Assembly (NCBI GenBank): GCA_963778655.1
Contig: CAVZVA010000012.1
Span: forward strand, 64,001-128,000
Length of the DNA: 64,000 nucleotides
Direction: 5' to 3'
DNA from: an uncultured delta proteobacterium
GTDB taxonomy: Bacteria; Myxococcota_A; Polyangia; Polyangiales; JAFGIB01
Positions 39,292 through 48,493 of the stretch are shown here, in pieces. The position numbers and the translations under genes were made by a program. Numbering within the stretch: position 1 is the first letter of the stretch; every line of letters starts with the position of its first letter. The notes under the pieces were generated by a model, which had not been told where the DNA came from, ran no database searches, and worked only from the letters and a program-made list of their open reading frames with translations.

Positions 39292-40332
39292 TCAGCCTGG
39301 GCGGACCCGCCTGCGATAGGCCGCGGGGGTTTCGCCGGTCCAGCGGCGGAAGGCGCGGGCGAAGTTCGGCAGCGTCGAGTAGTCGAGCTCCTGTGCGACC
39401 TGCTCGAGCGAGCGTGCCGAGCGCAGCAGCTCGAGCGCGCGTGCGCGGCGCTCCTTGTCGAGCAGCCCCGAGAACGTGACGCCCTGCGCCGCGAGCCTGC
39501 GTTTGAGCGTGCGCGTCGACAGATGCAGCGCGCGTGCGACCTCGTCGATGCTCGGCACGCCTTCGCCCGCGCCGATCATGCGGCTCACGCGCGCGGGCAG
39601 ACCGTGGTCGAAGCCGAGCTCCACCAGCTGCCGCTCGCAGGCCTCGCGTGCCAGGCGCAGCGCCGCGCGATCGGGCGCGACCAGCGGCAGCTCGAGCGCG
39701 CGGGCGGAGAAGCGCACGCAGGTTCCGGGCTGGCCGAAGCAGGCGTTGGGCAGCAGGTGCGCGAAGCGGTCGAAGTAATCGGGCTTGGGCAGCGCGAGGT
39801 CGGTCGAGACGCCCCTGGCCTCGCGGGCCGTAAGCGCGCTCGAGATCTGGCGCATCCCGACCAGCAGCGAGATCAACCCGATGTCGTGCGCGCTGCCGAG
39901 GTCGACGTGCTCTTCGATCGCGAGCGCCGCGCTGCCGCCGGTGACGCGCAGCTCCAGGCTGAGCCCAGTGGTGATGGCCGAGGTGTAGCGCACGGCCAGC
40001 TCGATGCCTTCGCGTACGGTGGCCGCGCTCATCGCGGCAAAGCCGAGGTAGCCGTACATGGAGAGCCGCTTCTGCATCCCGAGGTAGAAGCCGATGCCGG
40101 GCTCGGCGGTGAGCGTGCGGGCGCGCTCGCTCAGCGCGGTCAGGGTTTGCACCGAGATGCGCGCCTGCGGCGCTTCGAGCTCGGCTTCGCTCAGCCCGAG
40201 CTCGCCCAGCAGCTCCTGGGGCTCGATTCCCCAGCGTGCGACCAGGGTGACGAGCTGCAGCGCGTGAGAGCCGGGAAAGCTATGGGTGGTCGGGGCGGAC
40301 GTCACGGTTGGCGCCCCACACGCTACCAGCAA
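39292..40332 (-). CDS. AraC-family transcriptional regulator (start may be GTG 40305)
   Basis: EPGIGFYLG, YGYLGFA, LSTRTLKRRL, LDYSTLPNFARAFRRWTGETP. Confidence 0.92.
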   Translation of the reverse strand: MLVACGAPTVTSAPTTHSFPGSHALQLVTLVARWGIEPQELLGELGLSEAELEAPQARISVQTLTALSERARTLTAEPGIGFYLGMQKRLSMYGYLGFAAMSAATVREGIELAVRYTSAITTGLSLELRVTGGSAALAIEEHVDLGSAHDIGLISLLVGMRQISSALTAREARGVSTDLALPKPDYFDRFAHLLPNACFGQPGTCVRFSARALELPLVAPDRAALRLAREACERQLVELGFDHGLPARVSRMIGAGEGVPSIDEVARALHLSTRTLKRRLAAQGVTFSGLLDKERRARALELLRSARSLEQVAQELDYSTLPNFARAFRRWTGETPAAYRRRVRPG

Positions 40333-40380
40333 TCGAACCCCCGCGCAGGACGTGCCGCCTCGCCCCGTCCGCGCGCCTGC

Positions 40381-41517
40381 TCACAGGTTCTTCTGCTGCA
40401 CCTTCCACGCAGAATCGCTGCAGTAGGTGCAGCTATCGCCCACGAACATCGCCTTTAGCGTGGTGTCTCCCATCAGCTGGTAGCGCAGCCAGGCCGTGGT
40501 CATCGCGCCGATCTGCTCGGCATAGGGCGAGGTCAGGATGCCGAGGTGACCGTAGGAGAAGTTGGCGTAGAACACGGACGTGGTGGCGTTTGCGAAGTCG
40601 GTGTCGCAGTTGGCGGCGGCGATGTCACAATCGGTGCTGAGGATGTTGCAGCTGTCGTCGCCGGGAATGCCGCAGATGAACGCCGCCGGCGCGCGCAGGT
40701 TGTCGATGCGCGTGGGGTCCATGTTGCCGCCCGAGATGTGCACGGTGGTGGTGAGTCGGGGATCGGACGCGATCGTGAAAGTGGCCAGGCTACCCATCGA
40801 GTAGCCGACCGAGGCGATCTTGGTCGTGTCCAGCTTGTCGAACAGCGGGCTATCGGCGCGCGCGTTTTCGGCGATCGCCCAGTCGATGCCGTCGATGATC
40901 TCCTGGCCGAGCGCGACCTCGTCGCCGATTCCCGGCACCGTGTTCGACGCCACCACCACGAAGCCGTGCGTGGCCAGGTGCGGCAACAGGTCGTAGAAGC
41001 TCGGCGCGGTCGAGCCCCCGCTCATCCAGCCGACAATCGGGTTCTTGGCGCCGTTGGGCGCCAGCTCGGTGGGCACGTACACCGTGTAGTTGGAGCTCGG
41101 CCCCACGTTGTCCATGGTCGTGGCGGTGTACGGGCCGTCGCCCGCGAAGTCGCTCACCGGCGGAAAAGGTCCCGGCGAGGGACCGGCGCCGGCGTCGCTG
41201 CCGGCTCCGGTTCCCCCGCCGTCAGCGCGGGTTCCCACCTCCGCGTCCGGGCTCGACGCGACCGCGCCGTCTTGGCCGCCTGCTGCGGAGCTGCTGCCAG
41301 CGTCGGGCCGCGCGCCTGCGCCTGCAGCGCCGCTCGCAGCATGGCCCGCGCCTCCGCCGGGCGCCGGTGCGGCCGCGCCGCCCCCGTCCGGCGCTGCACC
41401 TGCGCCTGCGGCCGGCGACGCGCCCGGCTCGGTGCTCGCGGGCGCGCGGCAACCGAGCGACGCGAACAGCGCGAACAGTGCGATCGACAGCCAACGACCC
41501 AGGTCACGAGGTTGCAT
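40381..41517 (-). CDS. Lipoprotein alpha/beta hydrolase (cutinase/chlorophyllase-like)
   Basis: SLGC lipobox, DGPY, HLATHGFVV, GYSMGS, GHL, AWLRYQLMGD. Confidence 0.85.
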   Translation of the reverse strand: MQPRDLGRWLSIALFALFASLGCRAPASTEPGASPAAGAGAAPDGGGAAAPAPGGGAGHAASGAAGAGARPDAGSSSAAGGQDGAVASSPDAEVGTRADGGGTGAGSDAGAGPSPGPFPPVSDFAGDGPYTATTMDNVGPSSNYTVYVPTELAPNGAKNPIVGWMSGGSTAPSFYDLLPHLATHGFVVVASNTVPGIGDEVALGQEIIDGIDWAIAENARADSPLFDKLDTTKIASVGYSMGSLATFTIASDPRLTTTVHISGGNMDPTRIDNLRAPAAFICGIPGDDSCNILSTDCDIAAANCDTDFANATTSVFYANFSYGHLGILTSPYAEQIGAMTTAWLRYQLMGDTTLKAMFVGDSCTYCSDSAWKVQQKNL

Positions 41518-41552
41518 GCGGCGAACCTGCAGGCAGACCGCGCGACGCGCCA

Positions 41553-41588
41553 GCTCAGGGCGTGCCAAACGTGGTCCACTTGGGGCCA
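41553..41588 (-). promoter_or_regulatory. Tandem TGGC boxes with 21-bp period (candidate AraC operator); the proximal box also fits sigma54 spacing
   Basis: Minus strand TGGCCCCAAGTGGAC (41588-41574) and TGGCACGCCCTGAGC (41567-41553), 35 nt above ATG 41517. Confidence 0.45.
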
Positions 41589-41653
41589 CGTTTCTCCGCA
41601 GTCGCCGGCGGTGACGGCCCGGCGCGAGGCGCGGACGGTGTCCAGCCGCTGCG

Positions 41654-43003
41654 CTATTCACGGCCGAACGGCAAGGCCACGGTTTCCTTGAGCGTGAGCG
41701 GGCTCTTGTGAATGAAGGTCGCCAGCGTCAGCGCGGTGTAGGCCGTATACGAGCCGGCCGTGGCCCATGCCGCGCCGTGCGCGCCATACAGGGGAATCAG
41801 GCTGAGATCGAGCGCGACGGTGACCGCGAGACCGCCGATGCTCAGCAGCACGTTGAGCCCGACCGCGTTGATTCCCGACAGGTAGATGCTCAGCACCTTG
41901 CTGACCGAATACGGGACGATGCCCAGCAGCAGGATCCCGAGCAGGGAGGGTACCTCCGCGAAGTCCGTGCCGAACAGCGTGGTCAGGAACAGGTGCGCGC
42001 AGATCAGGCCGGCGGCGGCCGCGGCCGCGCTGACCAGCGAGGCGATGCGCGCGGTGCGCCAGGCCAGCGTTGCCGCCTCGCGGCGGCCGAGCATCGCCGA
42101 ATAGGGAAACAGCACGCGCGCCGCGGCGGTCGGGACGATCCATACCATCTGCGCGAGCGATACGGCGAGCGAGTAGCGCCCGAGCTCGGCCGCGCCGCGC
42201 CACGCGTCCACCACCCACATGTCGAAGCGGTAGGTCAGAAACTGCAAGGCCTCGCTGCAGTAGCTCAGCAGCGAGTAGCGCAGCAGGGTGCGAAGCCGCA
42301 GCACCGCAGCGGGAGCGGCGGACGGCAGGGCCGGCGCGCGCTTGGCGGCCGCTCTGCGCAGGGCATTGTAAAACAGCAGGATGCTTGCACGCAGCGCTTC
42401 CAGCGCGACCAACAGGGCGATGATCGCGCTCGGTCCAGCCCACTCCGGGTGGACCCATAGCAGCGCGACCGAAGCGAGCGCGCCAGCCACGCTGACCGCG
42501 ACCGTGGCGGTGTTGATCGGCGTGAAGTCCGCGCGCGCGGACTGAAAGGCGCACACCCAGCTGCTGAGCTGGCTGAGCGCGAAGAACGCGCCGATGCCGA
42601 GCACCACCTGCAGCGCCGACAGGTCGTGCGGTAGGAACCGCCGCAGCGGGGAGACCACGGCCAGCACGGCGCAGGCCGCGACCAGCGCGAGCGTGCCGGC
42701 GTAGAGCCGGCCCAGCAGCCGGGCCAGCGCGCGTGGATGGGTCGCGCCGGAAGCCAGGAAGTAGGTGATGGCGGAGTTGATGCCGAGGCCCAAGTACAGC
42801 ACCGCCAGCGCGCTGGCATTATTGAAGCGCGTGACGTCGCCGCGCCCTACCGCGCCGAGCAGTCGCGCTTGAGCGATCGAGGTCACGAAGCCGGCGGCGA
42901 TCACCGCGAGCTGGGAGGCCGACATCGCCACCACGGCGCGCGCGACTCTTGCGGCGACACCCGAAGCCGCGCCCGCTGCCGGGGTCTCGCCTGACTCGTG
43001 CAT
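41654..43003 (-). CDS. wzx: Wzx-type polysaccharide flippase
   Basis: ARLLGAVGRG, LG....I.YF, RFD..V, LGRYSLA, LIPLYGAHGAAWAT, about 12 TM segments. Confidence 0.85.
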   Translation of the reverse strand: MHESGETPAAGAASGVAARVARAVVAMSASQLAVIAAGFVTSIAQARLLGAVGRGDVTRFNNASALAVLYLGLGINSAITYFLASGATHPRALARLLGRLYAGTLALVAACAVLAVVSPLRRFLPHDLSALQVVLGIGAFFALSQLSSWVCAFQSARADFTPINTATVAVSVAGALASVALLWVHPEWAGPSAIIALLVALEALRASILLFYNALRRAAAKRAPALPSAAPAAVLRLRTLLRYSLLSYCSEALQFLTYRFDMWVVDAWRGAAELGRYSLAVSLAQMVWIVPTAAARVLFPYSAMLGRREAATLAWRTARIASLVSAAAAAAGLICAHLFLTTLFGTDFAEVPSLLGILLLGIVPYSVSKVLSIYLSGINAVGLNVLLSIGGLAVTVALDLSLIPLYGAHGAAWATAGSYTAYTALTLATFIHKSPLTLKETVALPFGRE

Positions 43004-43036
43004 GTGTGGCACTGTAGCGCACAACTCGCGGCGCGT

Positions 43037-44182
43037 ATGAGCCTCCGACGTATTCTGATCCTCGATCAGGTCTATCCCAGTGCGGACAACTTGTATTCGG
43101 ACGTGTTCGTTCACGTGCGCGCCAAGGGCTACGCGGAGCATGCGGAGGTGCTGGTCGCTTCGTATCCGAACACGCGGCCCGACTGGACGTACGAGGGCAT
43201 CAGTGTGCGCAGCTTTTCCAGCATCGCGCCGCTGCTCGAGCTGATCGCGGCGTGGAAGCCGGACGTGATCGCCGTCCACTTCGCAGAAGGGCCCATCATC
43301 ACCGACGTTCTGCTCAAGACCCGCGTGCCGTTCGTGGTCTGGATCCACGGCTTCGAGGCTTTGGGCTGGTACCGCCGGCTGTTCAATCTGAGCGGCCCGG
43401 CCGAGCTGCCGCGGCTGGCGGTGTTCGTGACGCGGCGTCTGCTGCGGTTCCGCCAGTTGATCACGCACAGCCGGCGTACCGGACGGGGTGTCTTCATCAC
43501 CCCGTCGCGCTGGCTGCTGCGCGCGGCGCAGATCGACATGCTGTGTCCCATGCCGCATGCCGAAGCGGTTCCCAACCCGATCGACTGCGAGCTGTTCCGC
43601 TACGTGGAGAAAGGCCCGGAGCTGCGCACGCGCGTCATGCTCCTGCGCTCGTTCGAGTCGCGCATCCGCGCGACCGACGTCGCCGTGGATACCATCGTTC
43701 GGCTCTCCCGGGACGCGCGCTTCGCCTCGTTTCAGTTCGATCTTTACGGGCGCGGCAAGCTGTTTGCGGCGGCTGCGGCACGGCTCGCGCCGTACGCGAA
43801 CGTGAACATGTACGAACGTTTCGTGCCCAATCGCGAAATCCCGGCGCTGCACGCCGAGCATGGGGTGCTGCTGTGCCCGAGCCGCCAGGACACCCAGGGC
43901 GTGACGATGTGCGAGGCCATGGCAAGCGGCCTCGTCCCCCTGACCACGCGCGTGAGCGGGATCCCGGAGTTCGTGACCCACGGCGCAAGCGGGTTTCTCA
44001 CCTCGTCGAGCGAGGAGCTCGCGAACGCATTGCTGACCTTGCACGACGATCCGGCATTGTTCCAGCGCATGTCACGCGCTGCCGCAAAAGAAGTGCGCCG
44101 CAAGTGCGCGGCGCCGAAGGTGATCGGACGCGAGCTCGAGATTCTGGAACGGGCCGCGTCGCAGGGCGCCGAGCCCTCGTGA
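43037..44182 (+). CDS. Glycosyltransferase family 4
   Basis: HGFE, VPNPID, PSRQDTQGVTMCEAMASGL.P.TT.VSGIPEF. Confidence 0.9.
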   Translation: MSLRRILILDQVYPSADNLYSDVFVHVRAKGYAEHAEVLVASYPNTRPDWTYEGISVRSFSSIAPLLELIAAWKPDVIAVHFAEGPIITDVLLKTRVPFVVWIHGFEALGWYRRLFNLSGPAELPRLAVFVTRRLLRFRQLITHSRRTGRGVFITPSRWLLRAAQIDMLCPMPHAEAVPNPIDCELFRYVEKGPELRTRVMLLRSFESRIRATDVAVDTIVRLSRDARFASFQFDLYGRGKLFAAAAARLAPYANVNMYERFVPNREIPALHAEHGVLLCPSRQDTQGVTMCEAMASGLVPLTTRVSGIPEFVTHGASGFLTSSSEELANALLTLHDDPALFQRMSRAAAKEVRRKCAAPKVIGRELEILERAASQGAEPS

Positions 44183-44315
44183 GGTCCGATGCGCGAGCTG
44201 CCGGGTCGTGATATGGGCAGCGACGTGACGCAGGCGGACTCGACCGCCGACGCCTCGAATCGTCGGCGAGCCCTCTCCGGGCGCGGCCGGCGCGCTGCCC
44301 GCGCGACCGCAACCC

Positions 44316-45374
44316 GTGGCCCCGCGGCGGGTCGCCGCTTGGGCCGCGGTCGCGTTCCTCTTGCACGGCGCGATCGCGCTTGCGGCGATCGGAACCGCGC
44401 ACCCGATCAGCTCCGGGCGCGACGGCCACCACTATCTCGCGATCGCCAGCCGCCTGTACACCTATCACGTGAATCTGGCGTTCCCGCCCGGCTACCCGCT
44501 GCTGATCCGGCTGTTCGAGCCGCTGCTCGGCTACCAGCCCGCGGCCTGGTTCGTGTCGCTGGTCGCGTCCACGCTGGCGACCGCGTTTTTCGGCCTGCTG
44601 CTCGCCGGCAGCGCGCCCAGTCCCGGCTCCGCGCGGGGCTGGCTGCGCGACGAGGACTACGGCGTCGCGTTCTTTCTGGTGGGTTCCTACGCCTGGCTGC
44701 ACACCGCCTCGACGCCGACCTCGGAGTCGGTGGGCATGGCGCTGATGCTCGGCGGGATGCTCGCGTTGCGCGGCGGCCACGAGCTCCAGGCGGCGCTGTG
44801 CCTGGCGCTCGCGAGCTGCACCCGCATCACGTTCTTCCTGCTGGTGCCGTTCTTCTGCTGGCCCGCGCTGCGACAGCGGCGCTACGTCCGAGCGGCGGTC
44901 ATCGCGGCCGCCGGCTGCGCCGGGATCGTGGTCCAGCACGCGCTGAGCAGGAGCATTCTCGGCTCCATCCAGGGAGTGGACGAGCTCCAGCGACGGCACT
45001 GGCAGTCGTTCGTGAGCTTTCCCCTGGCGGCGTTCTTCTCACCGCTCTTCCTGCACTATAATCCGCGGGCGGTGTTGCGCGTCACGTTGATGTTCGGCGC
45101 AAATGTGTACGCGTTGTGGCGGCTGCGGCGGACGCGCTGGCTGCTGCACAGCGGGCCGATGCTGCTGTTCTTGAGCGCGCTCAGCCCGTATGCCTTCTTC
45201 CGCTACGGCTTCGACCGTCAGGCGGTGCCATTGCTCTCCTTCTACGTCTGGCTGCACGAGGAAGCGCGGCTGCGCCCGCGTTCGCGTCCGGCGATACTGC
45301 TCGCGATGGCAGCTGCGTCGATCTGGATCGCGGTCGTCTTCGTGCGCTGGCAAGCCAATCGCCAGCTGCCCTGA
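44316..45374 (+). CDS. Polytopic GT-C-like membrane protein (mannosyltransferase-like); true start possibly ATG 44213 via a +1 frameshift
   Basis: RDGHHYL.IA, AFPPGYPLL, SES, about 10 TM segments. Confidence 0.65.
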   Translation: MAPRRVAAWAAVAFLLHGAIALAAIGTAHPISSGRDGHHYLAIASRLYTYHVNLAFPPGYPLLIRLFEPLLGYQPAAWFVSLVASTLATAFFGLLLAGSAPSPGSARGWLRDEDYGVAFFLVGSYAWLHTASTPTSESVGMALMLGGMLALRGGHELQAALCLALASCTRITFFLLVPFFCWPALRQRRYVRAAVIAAAGCAGIVVQHALSRSILGSIQGVDELQRRHWQSFVSFPLAAFFSPLFLHYNPRAVLRVTLMFGANVYALWRLRRTRWLLHSGPMLLFLSALSPYAFFRYGFDRQAVPLLSFYVWLHEEARLRPRSRPAILLAMAAASIWIAVVFVRWQANRQLP

Positions 45375-45424
45375 TCGCATCGGTCCGGGCGTGCTTCGCG
45401 CGGGCGGGCGACCGGCCGCGCGGG

Positions 45425-46543
45425 TCAGCGTGGCGCAGAGAGGCACCGCTCGATGAACGCGAGTCGCTGGTCTTCCTTCGACGCGAGCGAAAGCCGTCCG
45501 GCCGCGAGCTGGCGCGCGCGCGCCGACAGCTCGGGGTCCCGATACGCGCGCCACGCGAATTCCCGGATCCTTTCCGCGCACTGCCACACGTTGTCCTCGG
45601 TGTTGGGGATCTGCAGCACACAGCCATCGGCTTCGGTCACGTCGGTGTCCTTGTACGCCTGCACCACGGGCAGACCGAGCGCGAGGTAGTTGCGCGCCTT
45701 GAGCGGCGAGGCCTCGAACATCTGCTTGCGGTAGAGGGCGAGCGGACCCAAGCCGACCGTGCAGCCGAGCATCAGCCGGTCCGACTCGGCTTGGGTGGAG
45801 GGCGGGACCGACTGCAGGTTGGGCGGTCCCCGGACGACCGCGCCGATCACCAGGAAGTCGAGCTCGGGCAAGGCTTGCGCGAGCTCGACGACCTTGTCGA
45901 TCCCGGCCCAGTCGTGCCGCGCGTATCCGATCAGCACCAGCTTGGGGCGCGGCGGCCGCACTGGCGGCAGGGGCTCGCCCTCGATCGGAAGACACGGGTT
46001 GGCCAGCACCAGTGAACGGCGCACGTCGGGTCCGCAGGCGCGCCGGACCTCCTCCGACACGAACACCACCCCCCGGGCTTCGCGCAAGAGCAGCGCGCGC
46101 GCGCGCAGCTTCAACGCGCGGTCCAACCGACGGGAGGTCTCGCGCGCGACGTCGCCGTTCACCTCGACCACCAGCGGCTTGGCGCGCAATAGCGTCCCCA
46201 GCCCGGGCGCGGGCGGAAGACCGCGGCTGTAGACCACGTCCACGCCCAGCCGCGTTGCCTCCCACAGCAGCTCGAGGGGGTAACTGGCGCGATAGGAAAC
46301 CTCGCCGCGGATGCGCTCGGGAAGCGAGCGCACGCGGGGTGCCTGTCTGAGGCGAGCCTCGACTTCTGCGACCGGAAGGGCCTTGGGCCTGCGGGTGGTC
46401 AGCAGCCAAACGCGGTGCCCGCGGCGCTCCCACTCGCGTGCGATTGCGGCGACCTTGTATGCGGAGCCCGAGGTCGCTTCGACCGCGTCGGCGATGTACA
46501 AGATGCGCAAGGTGGCGGGAAGATACGCTCGCGCTTTTACCAC
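45425..46543 (-). CDS. Glycosyltransferase, GT-B fold (GT4-like); start uncertain
   Basis: LRILYI, EVNGD, WAGIDK, SPLKARNYLALGLPVV. Confidence 0.8.
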   Translation of the reverse strand: MVKARAYLPATLRILYIADAVEATSGSAYKVAAIAREWERRGHRVWLLTTRRPKALPVAEVEARLRQAPRVRSLPERIRGEVSYRASYPLELLWEATRLGVDVVYSRGLPPAPGLGTLLRAKPLVVEVNGDVARETSRRLDRALKLRARALLLREARGVVFVSEEVRRACGPDVRRSLVLANPCLPIEGEPLPPVRPPRPKLVLIGYARHDWAGIDKVVELAQALPELDFLVIGAVVRGPPNLQSVPPSTQAESDRLMLGCTVGLGPLALYRKQMFEASPLKARNYLALGLPVVQAYKDTDVTEADGCVLQIPNTEDNVWQCAERIREFAWRAYRDPELSARARQLAAGRLSLASKEDQRLAFIERCLSAPR

Positions 46544-46601
46544 CGCAACCGCGAGCGCCAGGGCCGCGCGCGATCCACCGCGCGCCGGGCGCAGGTGGCT
46601 C

Positions 46602-47729
46602 TCAGCTGCGAGCGAGAATTTTGCGCGCGGCCGGCACCAGGAGCCGGTAGGCCGCGCGCTCCGAGCCGTACAGGTCGTGCGGTTTGCCGGGACGCGCCAG
46701 GTAGTCCTCCAGCTGTTGGCGCGACCACCCCATCTTCTTGATGAAGTACGCGATGTCCTGCTCCAGGGCCGCCTCGCTCGGATAGGCAATGCCTTCGAGA
46801 TCACGCAAGGCCTGCTCCCGCGTCATCTGGCCGCTGACGACGAGCGTGCTCAGGTGCAGCTTGCGTTTGTCGATGCCGAACTTCTTGGGCAGGATGTAGC
46901 CCTGATAGAAACGAGTGAACACCGACTCGTAGTGCTTGTAAGGATAAGGCTTGTAGTCGTAGCGGTTCTGCAACAGCTCGAGCGCCTTGGGCTTGTCGTA
47001 TTCGAAGTAGTCCAAGAACGACACCCAGTGAACGCCGCGGACGTGCGTGTAGTAGAGGTCTTGCCATGTGCCGATGGCCGGAAACGTCGGCAGCGCCCCG
47101 CCGTCGCCGAAGCGCCGCCAGATCGCGCGTATGTTGCGGCGGTCCCGCTTGAACCAGTTCCATCCGGGCGGCATGCGCATGCCCTCGGTAGCCTGGTTCA
47201 CGCCGGTCAGAATGTACTTCACGCCGTAACGAGACGCGGCTTGCATGTTGACCGCGGTCATCGCGTTGTCGTACAGCAGCTCCACGTCGACGACGTCCGC
47301 GTCGAAGAAGGCTTGCATCAGCTTGCGGTACTCGCGCCAGTCGATGACGTGGGTGTGAAGATCGACGCCAAGGCGGGTGATGAGCTGCTCGATGTTGTGC
47401 TGGGCGAGCTCGGAGTTCCAGCCATTGTCCATGTGCGTGGCCAGCGGACGCAGCCCCAGCTCGAGCACGGCGTGCAGCGCCCACGAGCTGTCGACGCCGC
47501 CGGAGACGCCGACGATGCAGTCGTAGCGGCGACCCTTGCCGGCCTGCTTGACACGCTCCACCAGCTCGCCGCGCCTCGCCTCGCGCTCGACGGTGCTCGC
47601 GAACAGCACGCTGCTCGAGCGCGCGAGCATATCGCTGCAGTAGTTGCAGCGCCCCTCTCGATCGAAAGAGATGTTCGGAACCGCGGCGTCCATCACGCAG
47701 CGCGTGCAGATCTTCAACCTCGAGCCCAA
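46602..47729 (-). CDS. wbpG: N-acetyl sugar amidotransferase (WbpG/WbuX family)
   Basis: CTRCVMD, CNYC, YDCIVGVSGGVDSS PP-loop, HMDNGWNSE, KHYES, KFGIDKRK. Confidence 0.92.
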   Translation of the reverse strand: MGSRLKICTRCVMDAAVPNISFDREGRCNYCSDMLARSSSVLFASTVEREARRGELVERVKQAGKGRRYDCIVGVSGGVDSSWALHAVLELGLRPLATHMDNGWNSELAQHNIEQLITRLGVDLHTHVIDWREYRKLMQAFFDADVVDVELLYDNAMTAVNMQAASRYGVKYILTGVNQATEGMRMPPGWNWFKRDRRNIRAIWRRFGDGGALPTFPAIGTWQDLYYTHVRGVHWVSFLDYFEYDKPKALELLQNRYDYKPYPYKHYESVFTRFYQGYILPKKFGIDKRKLHLSTLVVSGQMTREQALRDLEGIAYPSEAALEQDIAYFIKKMGWSRQQLEDYLARPGKPHDLYGSERAAYRLLVPAARKILARS

Positions 47730-47733
47730 GCGA

Positions 47734-48492
47734 CTACCCTCCGAACACCTGCCCGAGCATCTGGTAGCCCGGGTAGCGGATCAGCACGGCCCGGTGCGGG
47801 CCGTAGAACACGAACAGGCTCCCGGCGGCCACCGCCGACGCGCCGGCGTCCACCGCGCGCCGCAGGTCCGCCAGCGAACCCGCGCCCCCCACCGCGACCA
47901 AAGGGACGCTGATGGCCCGGGCCGCCTCCCGGATCAACCTCAGATCGTAACCGTGCTGCATCCCGTCGCGCTCGACCACGTTGAACAGCACCTCGCCGGC
48001 GCCCCGGTCAACCACCGCGCGCAGCCAATCACCGAGCGGTACGCGGAGCATCTTTCGCCTGGCCGCGTGGTACACGCGCGCCCGCTTGCGCCAATCGTGC
48101 TTGACGTCGACCGAGACCACCAGCGCCTGGCTGCCATAGCGCCGGGCGATCTCGGTGATGAGCTGGGGCGTGTGGATCGCGGCCGACTGCAAGCAGACTT
48201 TCTCGATGCCCAGGGCGAACAAGCGCTCGGCGTCGTGCAGCGAACGGATGCCTCCGCCGTAGCAGAGCGGCATGAAGCACTCGGCGGCGAGCTCCGCGAT
48301 CAGGCCGTAGTCGGGCGGGTCGCCCTTGCGGGTCGCGTCGATGTCGAGCACAACCAGCTCGTCGACCTCCTTTTCGTTGAAGATGCGGATCGCGTTGATC
48401 GGGTCGCCGACGTACTTGCGCTCGCCGAAGCGGCGGGTCTTGACCAGGCCGCCGTCGCTCAGGAGCAGACAAGGGATGACCCTGCGCAGCAT
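47734..48492 (-). CDS. hisF2: HisF2/WbuZ-type cyclase paralogue for glycan acetamidino modification
   Basis: RVIPCLL, YVGDPINAIRIFNEKEVDEL, ECFMPLCYGGG, AVAAGSLFVF, adjacent to wbpG. Confidence 0.92.
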   Translation of the reverse strand: MLRRVIPCLLLSDGGLVKTRRFGERKYVGDPINAIRIFNEKEVDELVVLDIDATRKGDPPDYGLIAELAAECFMPLCYGGGIRSLHDAERLFALGIEKVCLQSAAIHTPQLITEIARRYGSQALVVSVDVKHDWRKRARVYHAARRKMLRVPLGDWLRAVVDRGAGEVLFNVVERDGMQHGYDLRLIREAARAISVPLVAVGGAGSLADLRRAVDAGASAVAAGSLFVFYGPHRAVLIRYPGYQMLGQVFGG

Positions 48493-48493
48493 G

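Noticed and set aside
41654..44044. 796-aa extended flippase ORF
   Set aside because: The N-terminal 347 aa are antisense to the GT4 at 43037. The real start is about 43003.
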